DNA of 64,000 nucleotides from an uncultured Candidatus Saccharibacteria bacterium (GTDB taxonomy: Bacteria; Patescibacteriota; WWE3; UBA101185; UBA10185). Under the pieces are notes generated by a model. It worked only from the letters and a program-made list of their open reading frames with translations, had not been told where the DNA came from and searched no databases. Where the stretch lies: positions 194,252 to 258,251 of the forward strand of contig CAYLMU010000001.1 in NCBI GenBank assembly GCA_964385105.1. Direction: 5' to 3'. The position numbers were made by a program, and so were the translations under genes. The first letter of the stretch is position 1. Each line of letters opens with the position of its first letter. Shown here piece by piece: positions 37,781 through 48,118 of the stretch.

Positions 37781-39880
37781 ATGGCGACATTAAAAGAATT
37801 GCGTGAGATTCACTTACAGAAATTAAACAGGCTAAAAGAGCTGGGAATTGATCCGTTTCCTGCACGTGTTAAAAAAGATTTTGAAAATGCACATGTAACT
37901 TCTAATTTTGAAGAATTTGAAGGTAAGACTATAAGTTTGGCGGGCAGAATTGTTTCATACAGAGAACATGGAGGTCTAGTTTTTATAGATATTAAAGACC
38001 AGTCGGGAAAAATTCAGGTTTATGTAAAAAAAGAAACACTTAAACCCACAAATGCTAAGCAACAAACTTTAGGGTTTGAAGATTTATCTTTATTGGATGT
38101 TGGAGATTATATTGAAGTAACAGGTGAGATAACAAAAACAAAAGCAGGTGAGATTTCAATAATGCCGGGTGGGTTAAGAATTTTGTCAAAGACTTTAAGG
38201 CCGCTACCTGAAGAGCTAAATAACAAAGAAACCAGAATGAGAAGGCGTTATGTTGATACTAAAGTTAACGAGGATGTTTTTGACAGATTTGTTCGAAGAG
38301 CTAAATTTTGGGAAGCGCACCGTAAATTTTTAAACAGTAAAGGGTTTTTAGAAATTAATATTCCTGTTTTAGAAAATATTCCGGGTGGGGCAGATGCAAC
38401 ACCTTTTGTTACACACATGGATGCAATTGACCAGGACTTTTTCTTAAGAATTTCACAAGAATTGTATTTAAAGAGACTTGTAGGAGGAGGTTATGAAAAA
38501 GTTTATGAAATTGGCCCTAGATTTAGAAATGAAGGATTGTCTGATGAACATTTGCCCGAACACATTGCTATGGAATTTTATTGGGCATATGCAAGTTGGG
38601 AAGAAGGAATGAAGCTAATTCAAGATTTATTTAACTATATTCTTGATGAAGTTTATGAAGGTAAAAGAAAGTTTTCAATTCGGGGTTTTGACGTTGATTT
38701 TACCGGAGATTGGGAAGTTATCGATTTTGCCGAAGTTATGAAAGAAAAATACAAAATTGATGTTCATAGTACCACGGTTGATGAAGTAGCAAAAATTTGT
38801 AAACAAAATGGAATTGAAGATGATTTTGCACAAAATCTGCATAGAGGAATTGATAATCTTTGGAAAAATTTGCGCCGTGAAATTGCAGGACCGGCGTTTT
38901 TAGTTAATCATCCAAAATATTTATCTCCGTTGGCTAAAGCAAAGGCGCATGAACCGCATGTTACCGAACGATTTCAGCCGATTATTGCGGGTAGTGAACT
39001 TGGTAACGGCTGGTCTGAAATTAATGACCCGGTCGATCAACTTGAACGGTTTAAAGAACAACAAAATTTGCGTGATGCAGGTGACGATGAAGCACAATGG
39101 CTAGATATTGATTATGTTGAAATGCTTGAGTATGGAATGCCTCCTACTTTTGGTTATGGTCATAGCGAACGTGTTTTTTGGTTTTTAGAAGATGTAAGCG
39201 CACGTGAAGGGGTTCCGTTTCCTCAGTTAAAGCATGTGGTAGATGACACAACATTAGAAATATATAATTTACCGCGTCAAAACACACTGCTTGCTATAAA
39301 CCCAAACTTAGATGATATCAATGAAAACGGCAATTTACCGTCACGGGAAGAGGCAGAATTTTTGCTAAATAAACATGTTAAAGACGACTATCAAAAATTG
39401 CACGCAAAAATGGTTGCATCAGCTTTAGAACAATATGCCGGGAAATTTAAAGCTAATAATGAGTTATGGTTTATAGCAGGACTTTTGCACGACCTGGATT
39501 ATTTTGAGTATCCCGATGAACATCCGAAAAAATCACTGGAGTGGTTTAAAGAAAAAGAGTACTCGGAAGCTTTAATGCATGCAATTGCTGCACATGCATA
39601 CCAAAGAACCGGCGTGGAGCCAAAAACAAAACTTGCAGCAGCTCTTATTGCTACGGATGAACTTTCAGGATTGTTGTATGCTTATTCGCTAATGCGACCG
39701 GAAGGTTTTAAGGGAATGAGTGCAGGCTCAGTAAAAAAGAAATTTAAAGATAAAGCATTTGCCCGAACCGTTGACCGAAATGACGTTTTATACGGCATAG
39801 AAAAACTTGGTGTGGATTTTGATGAGCATGTAAATTTTTTGATTAGTGTTTACAGTGAAATAGATGAGTTAAAAAAGTAA
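37781..39880 (+). CDS. lysS: Class II lysyl-tRNA synthetase fused to a C-terminal HD domain
   Basis: OB fold, GGADATPF, LYLKRL, FRNEG, ELGNGWSE, YGMPP; tail with H...LLHDLD...H...H...DELSG. Confidence 0.95.
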   Translation: MATLKELREIHLQKLNRLKELGIDPFPARVKKDFENAHVTSNFEEFEGKTISLAGRIVSYREHGGLVFIDIKDQSGKIQVYVKKETLKPTNAKQQTLGFEDLSLLDVGDYIEVTGEITKTKAGEISIMPGGLRILSKTLRPLPEELNNKETRMRRRYVDTKVNEDVFDRFVRRAKFWEAHRKFLNSKGFLEINIPVLENIPGGADATPFVTHMDAIDQDFFLRISQELYLKRLVGGGYEKVYEIGPRFRNEGLSDEHLPEHIAMEFYWAYASWEEGMKLIQDLFNYILDEVYEGKRKFSIRGFDVDFTGDWEVIDFAEVMKEKYKIDVHSTTVDEVAKICKQNGIEDDFAQNLHRGIDNLWKNLRREIAGPAFLVNHPKYLSPLAKAKAHEPHVTERFQPIIAGSELGNGWSEINDPVDQLERFKEQQNLRDAGDDEAQWLDIDYVEMLEYGMPPTFGYGHSERVFWFLEDVSAREGVPFPQLKHVVDDTTLEIYNLPRQNTLLAINPNLDDINENGNLPSREEAEFLLNKHVKDDYQKLHAKMVASALEQYAGKFKANNELWFIAGLLHDLDYFEYPDEHPKKSLEWFKEKEYSEALMHAIAAHAYQRTGVEPKTKLAAALIATDELSGLLYAYSLMRPEGFKGMSAGSVKKKFKDKAFARTVDRNDVLYGIEKLGVDFDEHVNFLISVYSEIDELKK

Positions 39881-39934
39881 AGGAGTAAGAAAGGCCGGTT
39901 CTTTTTAAAAGTTTTTGACCAGTCGTACTCCTTT
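39879..39934. terminator. Hairpin between the convergent lysS and small-ORF operon
   Basis: AAAGGAGTA...TACTCCTTT outer stem with an imperfect inner stem; T-rich flanks on both strands. Confidence 0.5.
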
Positions 39935-39948
39935 GTTTAGTGCATAAC

Positions 39949-40182
39949 TTACGTTATAACTTTTTCTACTTCCCAATCAGGATTTTCATCTGCTACCTTT
40001 TTTGCGCGTGGTACTGCGTAGAATCCGGTGATTTCCCCTTTTCGGTACCACCGTTTATCATCATTATTCCACCCGTGAAGGATTCCTCCAATTGTTGTGA
40101 CTATACAATAGTCACCTAAAGTTACAAAGTGCAAAGGCAATTTACTCATATGAACAATCTGTACTATAGCTTTTGGTTTCAT
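39949..40182 (-). CDS. Small hypothetical protein, GW-W-F-A paralogue 3
   Basis: 77 aa; ATGA overlap with the upstream paralogue; LHGWNNDDKRW...GF...A. Confidence 0.7.
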   Translation of the reverse strand: MKPKAIVQIVHMSKLPLHFVTLGDYCIVTTIGGILHGWNNDDKRWYRKGEITGFYAVPRAKKVADENPDWEVEKVIT

Positions 40183-40427
40183 TGCTGTCCTTCTCTTATA
40201 TGTTTAGAGACTTCAACAAGTTGTTTTACCGCATTTCTGGCTTCTCGTGTGGTAGAAAAGCCTAAAAGGCACCCCTGTTCGCTAGTGGATATCCATTTTT
40301 TTCCTGTCCAACCCTGTAAGCCGTTTTGAGATTCGCCTATAATAACAAAACTTTTATCTGATGGCGTCTTAAACCAGGGTACAAGAGCTCGGTGTAAAAA
40401 CCTAACTTTTACAACATTTTTTGACAT
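40179..40427 (-). CDS. Small hypothetical protein, GW-W-F-A paralogue 2
   Basis: 82 aa; SD GAGGT; LQGWTGKKW...GFSTTREA. Confidence 0.7.
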   Translation of the reverse strand: MSKNVVKVRFLHRALVPWFKTPSDKSFVIIGESQNGLQGWTGKKWISTSEQGCLLGFSTTREARNAVKQLVEVSKHIREGQQ

Positions 40428-40430
40428 GCA

Positions 40431-40676
40431 TTACCTCTTTTGTGAATAAACCGGCATAGCATATTCTTTAAGCTCTTCTTGTGCCGTTTCTTTGGAATCA
40501 AATGGTTTTAATGAGTGAAATGCACTTGTAGTCCAAGCCCTTCCTACAGTCCACCCGTGATTAAAAGGACTAAGGATGTAGAACTGTTCGTCGGTACCGC
40601 CTGGCTTGAAATGCCGCTCTCTGGCTTCTTTTCCGTTCAAAATCTCATAGGCAGAAGAATCATATATTTTGTTCAC
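40431..40676 (-). CDS. Small hypothetical protein, GW-W-F-A paralogue 1
   Basis: 81 aa; GTG start with SD AAAGGAGGT; NHGWTVGRAW...PFDSKETA. Confidence 0.72.
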   Translation of the reverse strand: MNKIYDSSAYEILNGKEARERHFKPGGTDEQFYILSPFNHGWTVGRAWTTSAFHSLKPFDSKETAQEELKEYAMPVYSQKR

Positions 40677-40776
40677 TTAAATACCTCCTTTAATTCAAAA
40701 TCTATGATATTTACACAAAATTTATAAAATCGGTGTGATACGGCAAAATTCTCTCCTTACTAAGTTTCCGAACTCA

Positions 40777-40805
40777 TTGACAAAAACTTTACCTGTAGTT
40801 ATAAC
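40777..40805 (+). promoter_or_regulatory. serS promoter, flanked by an 11-bp inverted repeat
   Basis: TTGACA-17nt-TATAAC; TTACTAAGTTT at 40757-40767 and AAACTTAGTAA at 40807-40817. Confidence 0.7.
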
Positions 40806-40855
40806 TAAACTTAGTAAAAAATGCAATGGAAAAGACCTCCTTTTGAGATATTTTT

Positions 40856-42184
40856 ATGCTCGATATTAAATTTATTAGAGAAAACCCCGATATTGTAAAA
40901 AAAGCAGTTGAAGAAAAGCACCTTTCACAGGTAGTAAATATAGATGAAATTATTAATTTGGATGAATTATATAGAAATAAGCTAAGAATTGTTGAGGAAC
41001 ACCGCGCTTTACGCAACCAGCTTTCGGATAATATTTCAAAAGTAGACGAAGAAACAAGACAAAAACTCATAAACGAGGCTTCACAAGTAAAGGAAGAGTT
41101 GTTTACAAAAGAACAAGAGCTTGCTGAGATTGAATCTCAACTTACATCAAAATTGCTAAAAGTTCCAAATATTATTGCGCCTGATGTACCATCAGGTAAA
41201 GATGAAAGTGAAAACGTTGTAATAAGAAGTTGGGGTGAGCCAAAAACATATGATTTTGAGCCAAAAGACCATGTAGAACTTGGTGAAAAGCTTGATTTAA
41301 TTGATATTCCAACGTCGGCAAAAGTTTCGGGTTCAAGATTTAATTATTTAAAAAATGAAGCTGTTTTGTTGCAATTTGCACTTATTCAATTTGTTTTTGA
41401 CACACTAACCAACAAAGAAATTATTTCAGAACTTGCTGAGCGTGTAGGAAATAATTCGAACAACGCTTTTATACCGGTTTTGCCTCCGGTGATTATTAAG
41501 GCCGAAGTTGCAAAGAAAATGGACAGATATGATCCTATCGAAGATAGATATTATTATGAGGATGACGATGTAATGTTTGTGGGGAGTGCTGAGCATAGCA
41601 TTGGCCCGATGCATATGGATGAAATTTTAAATCAAAGCCAACTGCCGTTAAGATACATTGGTTATTCAACAGCATTTAGACGTGAAGCCGGCTCATATGG
41701 AAAAGATACAAAAGGCATTTTAAGACGTCACCAGTTTGATAAGCTTGAGATGGAAATTTTTTCTACTCCTGAAAGCGGATTGGCCGAGCAAGAACTTATT
41801 GTTGCAATTCAGGAATATTTGTTACAGCAATTACAACTTCCTTATCAGGTGATGATGATATGTACCGGAGACATGGGCAAACCCGATTATCGCCAGATTG
41901 ATATAAATACCTGGATGCCGGGAGAAAATGCTTACCGTGAAACTCACACTTCTGATTATATGACTGACTTTCAGGCAAGAAGACTTAACACTCGTTATAA
42001 AACAAGTGAGGGCACTAACGAATATGTTCATATGAATGATGCAACTGCATTTGCTATAGGAAGAACACTTATTGCTATCCTAGAAAATTATCAGCAAAAA
42101 GACGGCTCAATAAAAATACCTGAAGTGTTGCAGAAATATATGAACGGTATTAAAGAAATAAAAGAAAGTGGTAACATAGAGTAA
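40856..42184 (+). CDS. serS: Seryl-tRNA synthetase
   Basis: MLDIKFIREN, FRREAGSYG, HQFDKLE, DFQARRL, ILENYQ. Confidence 0.98.
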   Translation: MLDIKFIRENPDIVKKAVEEKHLSQVVNIDEIINLDELYRNKLRIVEEHRALRNQLSDNISKVDEETRQKLINEASQVKEELFTKEQELAEIESQLTSKLLKVPNIIAPDVPSGKDESENVVIRSWGEPKTYDFEPKDHVELGEKLDLIDIPTSAKVSGSRFNYLKNEAVLLQFALIQFVFDTLTNKEIISELAERVGNNSNNAFIPVLPPVIIKAEVAKKMDRYDPIEDRYYYEDDDVMFVGSAEHSIGPMHMDEILNQSQLPLRYIGYSTAFRREAGSYGKDTKGILRRHQFDKLEMEIFSTPESGLAEQELIVAIQEYLLQQLQLPYQVMMICTGDMGKPDYRQIDINTWMPGENAYRETHTSDYMTDFQARRLNTRYKTSEGTNEYVHMNDATAFAIGRTLIAILENYQQKDGSIKIPEVLQKYMNGIKEIKESGNIE

Positions 42185-42874
42185 ATGTCTGTTTTTGACG
42201 GCATACATTTACCCACAGTGCTTTATAGAACACACTCCGATTTAAACGGAGACATAGAGGTATTACAGGACGGTAAAACCTTGAGACTAAAAGCCAATAA
42301 AGTCACACAATCGGTCAATCCTGATTCACCGGTAGCTGAAAAAATGGTATGGGGACGTGTTGTTAATGTTATTGAAGAGGAGCTTCCCGAATTTAAGAAT
42401 ATTCTTGTACTTGGTATGGGTGGTGGCACTGTTCAACACATGATTGCACAAAAATTTCCAAACGTTGATGTGGTAAGTGTAGACATAGATGAAGTCATGG
42501 TAGATGTTGCAAAGCAATTTTTTCGTGTGGCTGAAATTCCTAATCATCGAATTATTGTAGAAGACGCATGTAGAGTGGTTATATCCCCTGAGGATTATGA
42601 ACTGCCACTTAAATCATTTGATATTTTATTTATAGACATTTACATTGGAAGCGAATTTCCCGAACTTGGCGGTTCGGGCAACTTTTTGGCCAATGCGTTT
42701 AGATTAGTAAAACCCGGTGGACTAGTTATTGTTAACAGGATTTATTTTCAGGATCACCAGGAGGATGTAGATATTTTTATGGACAATTTGGGTAATTATT
42801 TAAAAAATGTGAAGTCAAAAATCATTCCCGGTAAGACAAATGCAGATAACATGTTAATTTACGGGAGAGTTTAA
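42185..42874 (+). CDS. Spermidine-synthase-like SAM-dependent methyltransferase
   Basis: ILVLGMGGG, VDID, EDA, FDILFIDIY, LVKPGG. Confidence 0.8.
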   Translation: MSVFDGIHLPTVLYRTHSDLNGDIEVLQDGKTLRLKANKVTQSVNPDSPVAEKMVWGRVVNVIEEELPEFKNILVLGMGGGTVQHMIAQKFPNVDVVSVDIDEVMVDVAKQFFRVAEIPNHRIIVEDACRVVISPEDYELPLKSFDILFIDIYIGSEFPELGGSGNFLANAFRLVKPGGLVIVNRIYFQDHQEDVDIFMDNLGNYLKNVKSKIIPGKTNADNMLIYGRV

Positions 42875-43659
42875 TGACCTGGTTTCAGGCTTTAATTTTA
42901 GGCGTTATTCAAGGTTTAACCGAATTTCTTCCTATTTCGTCATCAGGGCATTTGGTGGTTTTGCCGTTACTTTTGAACTGGGAATCCCGAGGCTTGTTTT
43001 TTGATGTAATACTACATTTGGGTACATCGTGTGCTTTAATCATTTATTTTAAAAAAGACATTTTTGCCATAATAAAAGGGATTTTAATAAATAGAAAGTC
43101 TAAAGAGGCTAAATTGGGGGTTTCGGTACTATTGGGTACCATTCCTGCTGTTGTCTTGGGGTTTTTGTTTGAGAGCAGCATAGAGGAACAGTTTAGAAGT
43201 GGAGTTAGTGTAGCTTCATTTTTAATTTTAGGTACGTTGATTATGATTGCAGCTGAGTATATTGGTGCGCATAAAGAAAAAAGCGGTATTAACGGTTTAA
43301 AAGCTTTAATAATTGGATTTTTTCAGGCTTTGGCACTTTTTCCCGGGGTATCAAGGTCGGGGGCAACAATTTCTGGTGGTATGTTTACAAAGTTAAGTAG
43401 AGAAGATGCAGCAAGGTTTTCGTTTTTGCTGTCGATACCGGTTATTTTAGGTGCTGCAGCATTCAAGATTATAGAAATGATTAGAATGCCGATAATTACT
43501 TTAGATTATTTAAATTTAGCAGTAGGATTTGGAGCAAGCTTGTTAATGGGGTACATTGCTATAGACTTTTTATTAAAATTCCTAAAATCCAGGTCTTTAT
43601 GGGTTTTCATAATTTATAGATTGTTGCTTGCGATTTTTCTTTTTGTAACTTTCATGTAA
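42874..43659 (+). CDS. uppP: Undecaprenyl-diphosphate phosphatase
   Basis: QGLTEFLPISSSGH, PGVSRSGATI. Confidence 0.97.
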   Translation: MTWFQALILGVIQGLTEFLPISSSGHLVVLPLLLNWESRGLFFDVILHLGTSCALIIYFKKDIFAIIKGILINRKSKEAKLGVSVLLGTIPAVVLGFLFESSIEEQFRSGVSVASFLILGTLIMIAAEYIGAHKEKSGINGLKALIIGFFQALALFPGVSRSGATISGGMFTKLSREDAARFSFLLSIPVILGAAAFKIIEMIRMPIITLDYLNLAVGFGASLLMGYIAIDFLLKFLKSRSLWVFIIYRLLLAIFLFVTFM

Positions 43660-43690
43660 AATCAAAAAAAAATAAACGGAGGTAAAAGAG

Positions 43691-44008
43691 ATGAATGAGT
43701 TTAAAAGGATGGTTTTTTTGCTAGTATTATTAGGTAGTTCAGTGATGATATTAGCAGCGTCTTTGTATTATTTTGCAGATTTCCCCATTTATTTTGTGTT
43801 CAATATGATAAATGTGGGAATTGCAATTTGTGTTATTTCAGTATCCACTCTTGTGTACTTGGAGAGGTCAAATAAAGGCGATGTCGTTTTTTTTATTATT
43901 GTGTTGATTTTGTTGATGGTGATATCAGTAAGTCTGAACTGGAAATCTTACAACAACAAACCGGAAACACCTACCGACCACAATACCCATATCGCTGAGC
44001 TATGGTAA
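43691..44008 (+). CDS. 3-TM hypothetical membrane protein
   Basis: Three hydrophobic segments; SD GGAGGT; followed by a terminator. Confidence 0.7.
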   Translation: MNEFKRMVFLLVLLGSSVMILAASLYYFADFPIYFVFNMINVGIAICVISVSTLVYLERSNKGDVVFFIIVLILLMVISVSLNWKSYNNKPETPTDHNTHIAELW

Positions 44009-44015
44009 TTGTGAA

Positions 44016-44054
44016 TAAGCCTTAAGTTTTAATTAGCTTAAGGCTTAATTTTTT
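44016..44054 (+). terminator. Intrinsic terminator
   Basis: TAAGCCTTAAG...CTTAAGGCTTA followed by ATTTTTT. Confidence 0.7.
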
Positions 44055-44074
44055 GGTGTTATAATTCCACTGTC

Positions 44075-46684
44075 ATGAAATTCATAAAAAACCTATTTGA
44101 TTCAAATGAAAAACAAATAAATAGTCTGAGGCCAACAGTAGAAGCTATAAATGAGTTGGAAGAAAAAACATCAAAACTTTCGGATGAAGAAATAAAAGCT
44201 AAAACACAAAGTTGGAAAGATGAGTTACGCAATTTAAGCTACGATGAAATGTTTAAACACCTGGATAAGCTTTTACCTGAAGCATTCGCATTAGTTAGAG
44301 AGGCATCAAAAAGGTCAATGGGCAAAAGGCATTACGATGTACAGTTAATTTCGGGTATTGTTTTACACCAGGGAAAAATTGCCGAACAAAAAACCGGTGA
44401 AGGTAAAACTTTAACAGCAACGCTTCCGTTATATTTAAACTCACTAACAGGCAGAGGAGCTCACTTAATTACACCAAATGACTATTTGTCACGTCACGGT
44501 GCAGGATGGATGGGACCATTATATACTGCGCTTGGGGTAAGTGTTGGTGTAATAATGCAGGAAAGAGCATTTATTTATGACCCGCAGTACGAGAGCACTG
44601 AATTTGAAGATGAATATACTATTCATTTGCGTGAGGTGAGCAGGCAGGAAGCTTACAAATGCGACATTGTATACGGCACAAATCATGAGTTTGGGTTTGA
44701 TTATTTGCGTGACAATATGGTTCAAACGCTTGAACATACAGTTCAGACAAATCCCAAGGGTGAATGGGGAGTTCATCATTATGCAATTGTAGACGAAGTT
44801 GACTCTATTTTAATTGATGTGGCAAGAACTCCATTAATAATTTCTACAACTGCCGAACAGCCAACCGAAAGATATCACCAGGCAAATAAAATTGTTACTC
44901 AATTAATCAAAGAACAGGACTATGAAGTTGAGGAAAAGTTTAGAAGTGTCTCATTAACCGACTTGGGTATTAGACGTGTTGAGAAGATGCTTGGAGTTTC
45001 AAACTTGTATGAACAAGACTTTGAAATGGTTCATTTGATTGAGCAGGCACTTAGTGCTAATGCGCTTTATGAAAAAGACCGGGATTATGTGGTAAAAAAC
45101 GGTCAGGTTATTATAGTTGATCAATTTACAGGCAGATTATTACCTTCAAACAGATTCTCACATGGACTACATCAGGCGATAGAAGCAAAAGAAAACGTTG
45201 AAATTCAACAGGAATCAAAAACTCGGGCTGAGATTTCGTACCAGAACTATTTTAGAATGTATGAAAAATTAGCAGGCATGACCGGTACTGCTATTACCGA
45301 AGCAGAGGAGTTTCACAAAATTTATAAACTGGACGTTGTGGTTATTCCAACAAACAAGCCTGTTGCCCGAAAAGATTTTAACGATGTTGTGTACAAAACC
45401 GAGTCTGCCAAATTTAAAGCCGTTGCCGATGAAATTTATGAAAAAAACAAGCTTGGGCAGCCTGTACTTGTAGGTACTACTTCGGTTGAAAAAAGCGAAA
45501 TGCTGCACAACTTATTGCAGAGAAGGGGCATAAAGCACGAAATTTTAAATGCCAAAAACCACGAACGTGAGGCTTTAATTATTGCGCAGGCTGGTCAAAA
45601 AGGTTCTGTTACCATTTCTACAAACATGGCGGGAAGAGGTGTTGACATTGTATTAGGCGGAGATCCTCCTTCTGATGAGTCCCAAAATGAAGTTAAAGAA
45701 CTTGGCGGATTGCATGTTATTGGTACAGAACGCCATGAATCACGAAGAATTGATAATCAGCTAAGAGGTAGAGCCGGAAGACAAGGTGATCCCGGTTCAT
45801 CAAAGTTTTATGTTTCATTACAAGATGATCTGATGAGAATATTTGGAGGCGAGAGAGTTGAGTCATTAATGAATAAATTTGGTGTTGATGAAAGTGTACC
45901 GTTAGAGGCAGGTATTGTAAGTAGAGCGATAGAAAATGCTCAAAAGAAAGTTGAAGGATTTAATTTTGACCGTAGAAAACAGATTGTTGAAATGGATGAT
46001 GTGATGAATGTGCATCGTGATGTGATTTATAAGTTGCGCAGGAGAATCCTTGAGCTTGGTTCGGGAAATATACAACATAAAGAATGGATGCTTGGAAAAC
46101 TTTTGCAATATTCAATAGAGAATGTGAGTGTTGAAGAGATATGGAATAAATTTGAAAACGAACTTGGTGAAGAAACCTGGCTTCAAGCTTTTGGTCAAAT
46201 AAGTTTGCCCGTTGTTGATATGTTATGGATGGAGCATTTAGTAGACATGGATCACTTGCGCGATGGCATTGGTTTACAAGGTTATGCACAAAAAGATCCA
46301 ATGGTTGAGTACAAAAGAGAAGGTCACGAAAGATTTGAACTATTAGTGCAAAAAATATATGCAGACATTGTAGAAAGATTGTCTCGAATTCATGATGCAA
46401 GACTCGTAAGCTCACAGCAAAAACCTCAAAATGAGCAAATGGTATATCAGCGGGGTGAAATTGAGAGTGGAGTGGCAAATGAAGCACAAATGTTGGCTGG
46501 CCAAAGTGGTCAAAATAATCAAAACGGTTTAAATAGACAAAAAAGAGAAAGTTTGGTTCAAATGCCAGACGGAAGAACGGTAAAAGTTGAACCTGTTGTT
46601 GCAACTACAAAAGTTGGTAGAAATGATCCATGCCCTTGCGGAAGCGGGAAAAAATATAAGAAGTGTCATGGTAGGGGTTTGTAA
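44075..46684 (+). CDS. secA: Preprotein translocase SecA
   Basis: [35 protein letters not shown] motif [19 protein letters not shown]. Confidence 0.99.
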   Translation: MKFIKNLFDSNEKQINSLRPTVEAINELEEKTSKLSDEEIKAKTQSWKDELRNLSYDEMFKHLDKLLPEAFALVREASKRSMGKRHYDVQLISGIVLHQGKIAEQKTGEGKTLTATLPLYLNSLTGRGAHLITPNDYLSRHGAGWMGPLYTALGVSVGVIMQERAFIYDPQYESTEFEDEYTIHLREVSRQEAYKCDIVYGTNHEFGFDYLRDNMVQTLEHTVQTNPKGEWGVHHYAIVDEVDSILIDVARTPLIISTTAEQPTERYHQANKIVTQLIKEQDYEVEEKFRSVSLTDLGIRRVEKMLGVSNLYEQDFEMVHLIEQALSANALYEKDRDYVVKNGQVIIVDQFTGRLLPSNRFSHGLHQAIEAKENVEIQQESKTRAEISYQNYFRMYEKLAGMTGTAITEAEEFHKIYKLDVVVIPTNKPVARKDFNDVVYKTESAKFKAVADEIYEKNKLGQPVLVGTTSVEKSEMLHNLLQRRGIKHEILNAKNHEREALIIAQAGQKGSVTISTNMAGRGVDIVLGGDPPSDESQNEVKELGGLHVIGTERHESRRIDNQLRGRAGRQGDPGSSKFYVSLQDDLMRIFGGERVESLMNKFGVDESVPLEAGIVSRAIENAQKKVEGFNFDRRKQIVEMDDVMNVHRDVIYKLRRRILELGSGNIQHKEWMLGKLLQYSIENVSVEEIWNKFENELGEETWLQAFGQISLPVVDMLWMEHLVDMDHLRDGIGLQGYAQKDPMVEYKREGHERFELLVQKIYADIVERLSRIHDARLVSSQQKPQNEQMVYQRGEIESGVANEAQMLAGQSGQNNQNGLNRQKRESLVQMPDGRTVKVEPVVATTKVGRNDPCPCGSGKKYKKCHGRGL

Positions 46685-46691
46685 AAGGTTT

Positions 46692-48116
46692 TTATTCTAG
46701 TTGTTTGTATTGGGCAATGGCTTTAATTAATTCTTTAGCCATTGTGTCATACATCGCAGGTGCATAGCCGGCTCTTGCTACACTTTCCATATTTGCCATT
46801 ACTTCTTGGTAATATTTTAACTCACTTTTCAAAAATTCAATTCTTGTTCTAACTTCAGGTATATCTTGGAATTCTTTTTCCAAACTAATAACATCATCGA
46901 TGAAATCTCCAGCCATTAACTCAAATTGTCTGTTCAGTTCATTTTTTGACTCCTCAGAATTGAGATTTGCAACAATTGTATTTTTAACTTCTGTTAATGC
47001 GTTTAATACATTCTCAGGTGAGTCTTCCTGTTCCTCATTTGTTATGGATTCAACTTCCGGGGAGTTTCCATTTGGGCTAAATTTAGTTTGTTCAGCATTC
47101 ATTCTTGCTTTTCTTGCTCTTGGTGCTTCCATATATTCTCTCATTCTTTTTTCTTTTGGACTTTCTGTTGGTTCAGGTTCAATCACTTGACCATTTTGGT
47201 TTTGTAGAGCTTCTGCAACTGCTGCCCTAACAATATCTGCCAAACTCTCTTGGCTTTCTGCTCGTTCTTGGGCAATTTGCTCTTTTAGTTTTTCTATTTC
47301 GGCTTGACGTTTAGCATCTGCTTCGGATAGTTGTTGCTGAAATTTTTCCTGTTCAGCCTTTCGTGCTGCTTCTTGCTCTTCTAGTTGTTTTTTTAAGCTC
47401 TCAATTTGTGCTGATTGTTGCTCATTAATACTTTCTATAGATGTAAGTTTTTCTTTGATTTCTGCATTTGTTGTTTTTAGCGCTTCAGTAATTTCTGTAT
47501 TAGTTTGCGGGCCGTATCTTAATTTGCTGTAATCATAAGGTTCTTTCTTTTCCCGTTCTTTTGGTTTGAGTACATTTTTATTAAATCGCTCCTGACGTAC
47601 CAATTCTTCTCCTTTTGATTGAATCAACTTTTTTAAATTTGGGTCTTTTGTCAGGTCAATCTTTGTTCCTTTATAGTCTAGTTTATTAAGTTCTTCTAGA
47701 CCTCCCATTCTTCTTACTGCTTCGGGGCCACCTGATTCTCTTACCCAAATTTTTGCCAATTCCGTTACTTCGTCATTACCTCGTAAATTTTTTACTTCTT
47801 CTATTGTTGGTCTGAATAATTTATTTTTAAATCTTTCCAAATGCTCACGCATACTAATTCTAGTTTCTTCAACAGCTTGGTTTATTTCGTTTGTTTTTTC
47901 CGGATGTTCTCTTGAAGCTTGTGCCGCTGCTTCTTGGGTCACCTGTACTGCACTCGCCGTGCGTATGGCGGCATTTTCAGCAGCTTCTTGTGGAGATAGA
48001 GTTTCATTATTTTCTCTTTCTGTATCTCCCTGGTCTGTATTTTCCGGAGGATTTTCAGGTTCTGCACCAGTCGCTGAGTGTCCATTCATTTTATATTCTG
48101 CATCCACTATAGCCAT
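46692..48116 (-). CDS. Large charged coiled-coil hypothetical protein
   Basis: 474-aa E/K/Q-rich ORF with heptad-like segments and no TM. Confidence 0.75.
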   Translation of the reverse strand: MAIVDAEYKMNGHSATGAEPENPPENTDQGDTERENNETLSPQEAAENAAIRTASAVQVTQEAAAQASREHPEKTNEINQAVEETRISMREHLERFKNKLFRPTIEEVKNLRGNDEVTELAKIWVRESGGPEAVRRMGGLEELNKLDYKGTKIDLTKDPNLKKLIQSKGEELVRQERFNKNVLKPKEREKKEPYDYSKLRYGPQTNTEITEALKTTNAEIKEKLTSIESINEQQSAQIESLKKQLEEQEAARKAEQEKFQQQLSEADAKRQAEIEKLKEQIAQERAESQESLADIVRAAVAEALQNQNGQVIEPEPTESPKEKRMREYMEAPRARKARMNAEQTKFSPNGNSPEVESITNEEQEDSPENVLNALTEVKNTIVANLNSEESKNELNRQFELMAGDFIDDVISLEKEFQDIPEVRTRIEFLKSELKYYQEVMANMESVARAGYAPAMYDTMAKELIKAIAQYKQLE

Positions 48117-48118
48117 AC

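Noticed and set aside
40806-40855. T-box riboswitch upstream of serS (also checked for lysS)
   Set aside because: The leaders are too short and lack the AAnnnGGTGGnACC T-box motif
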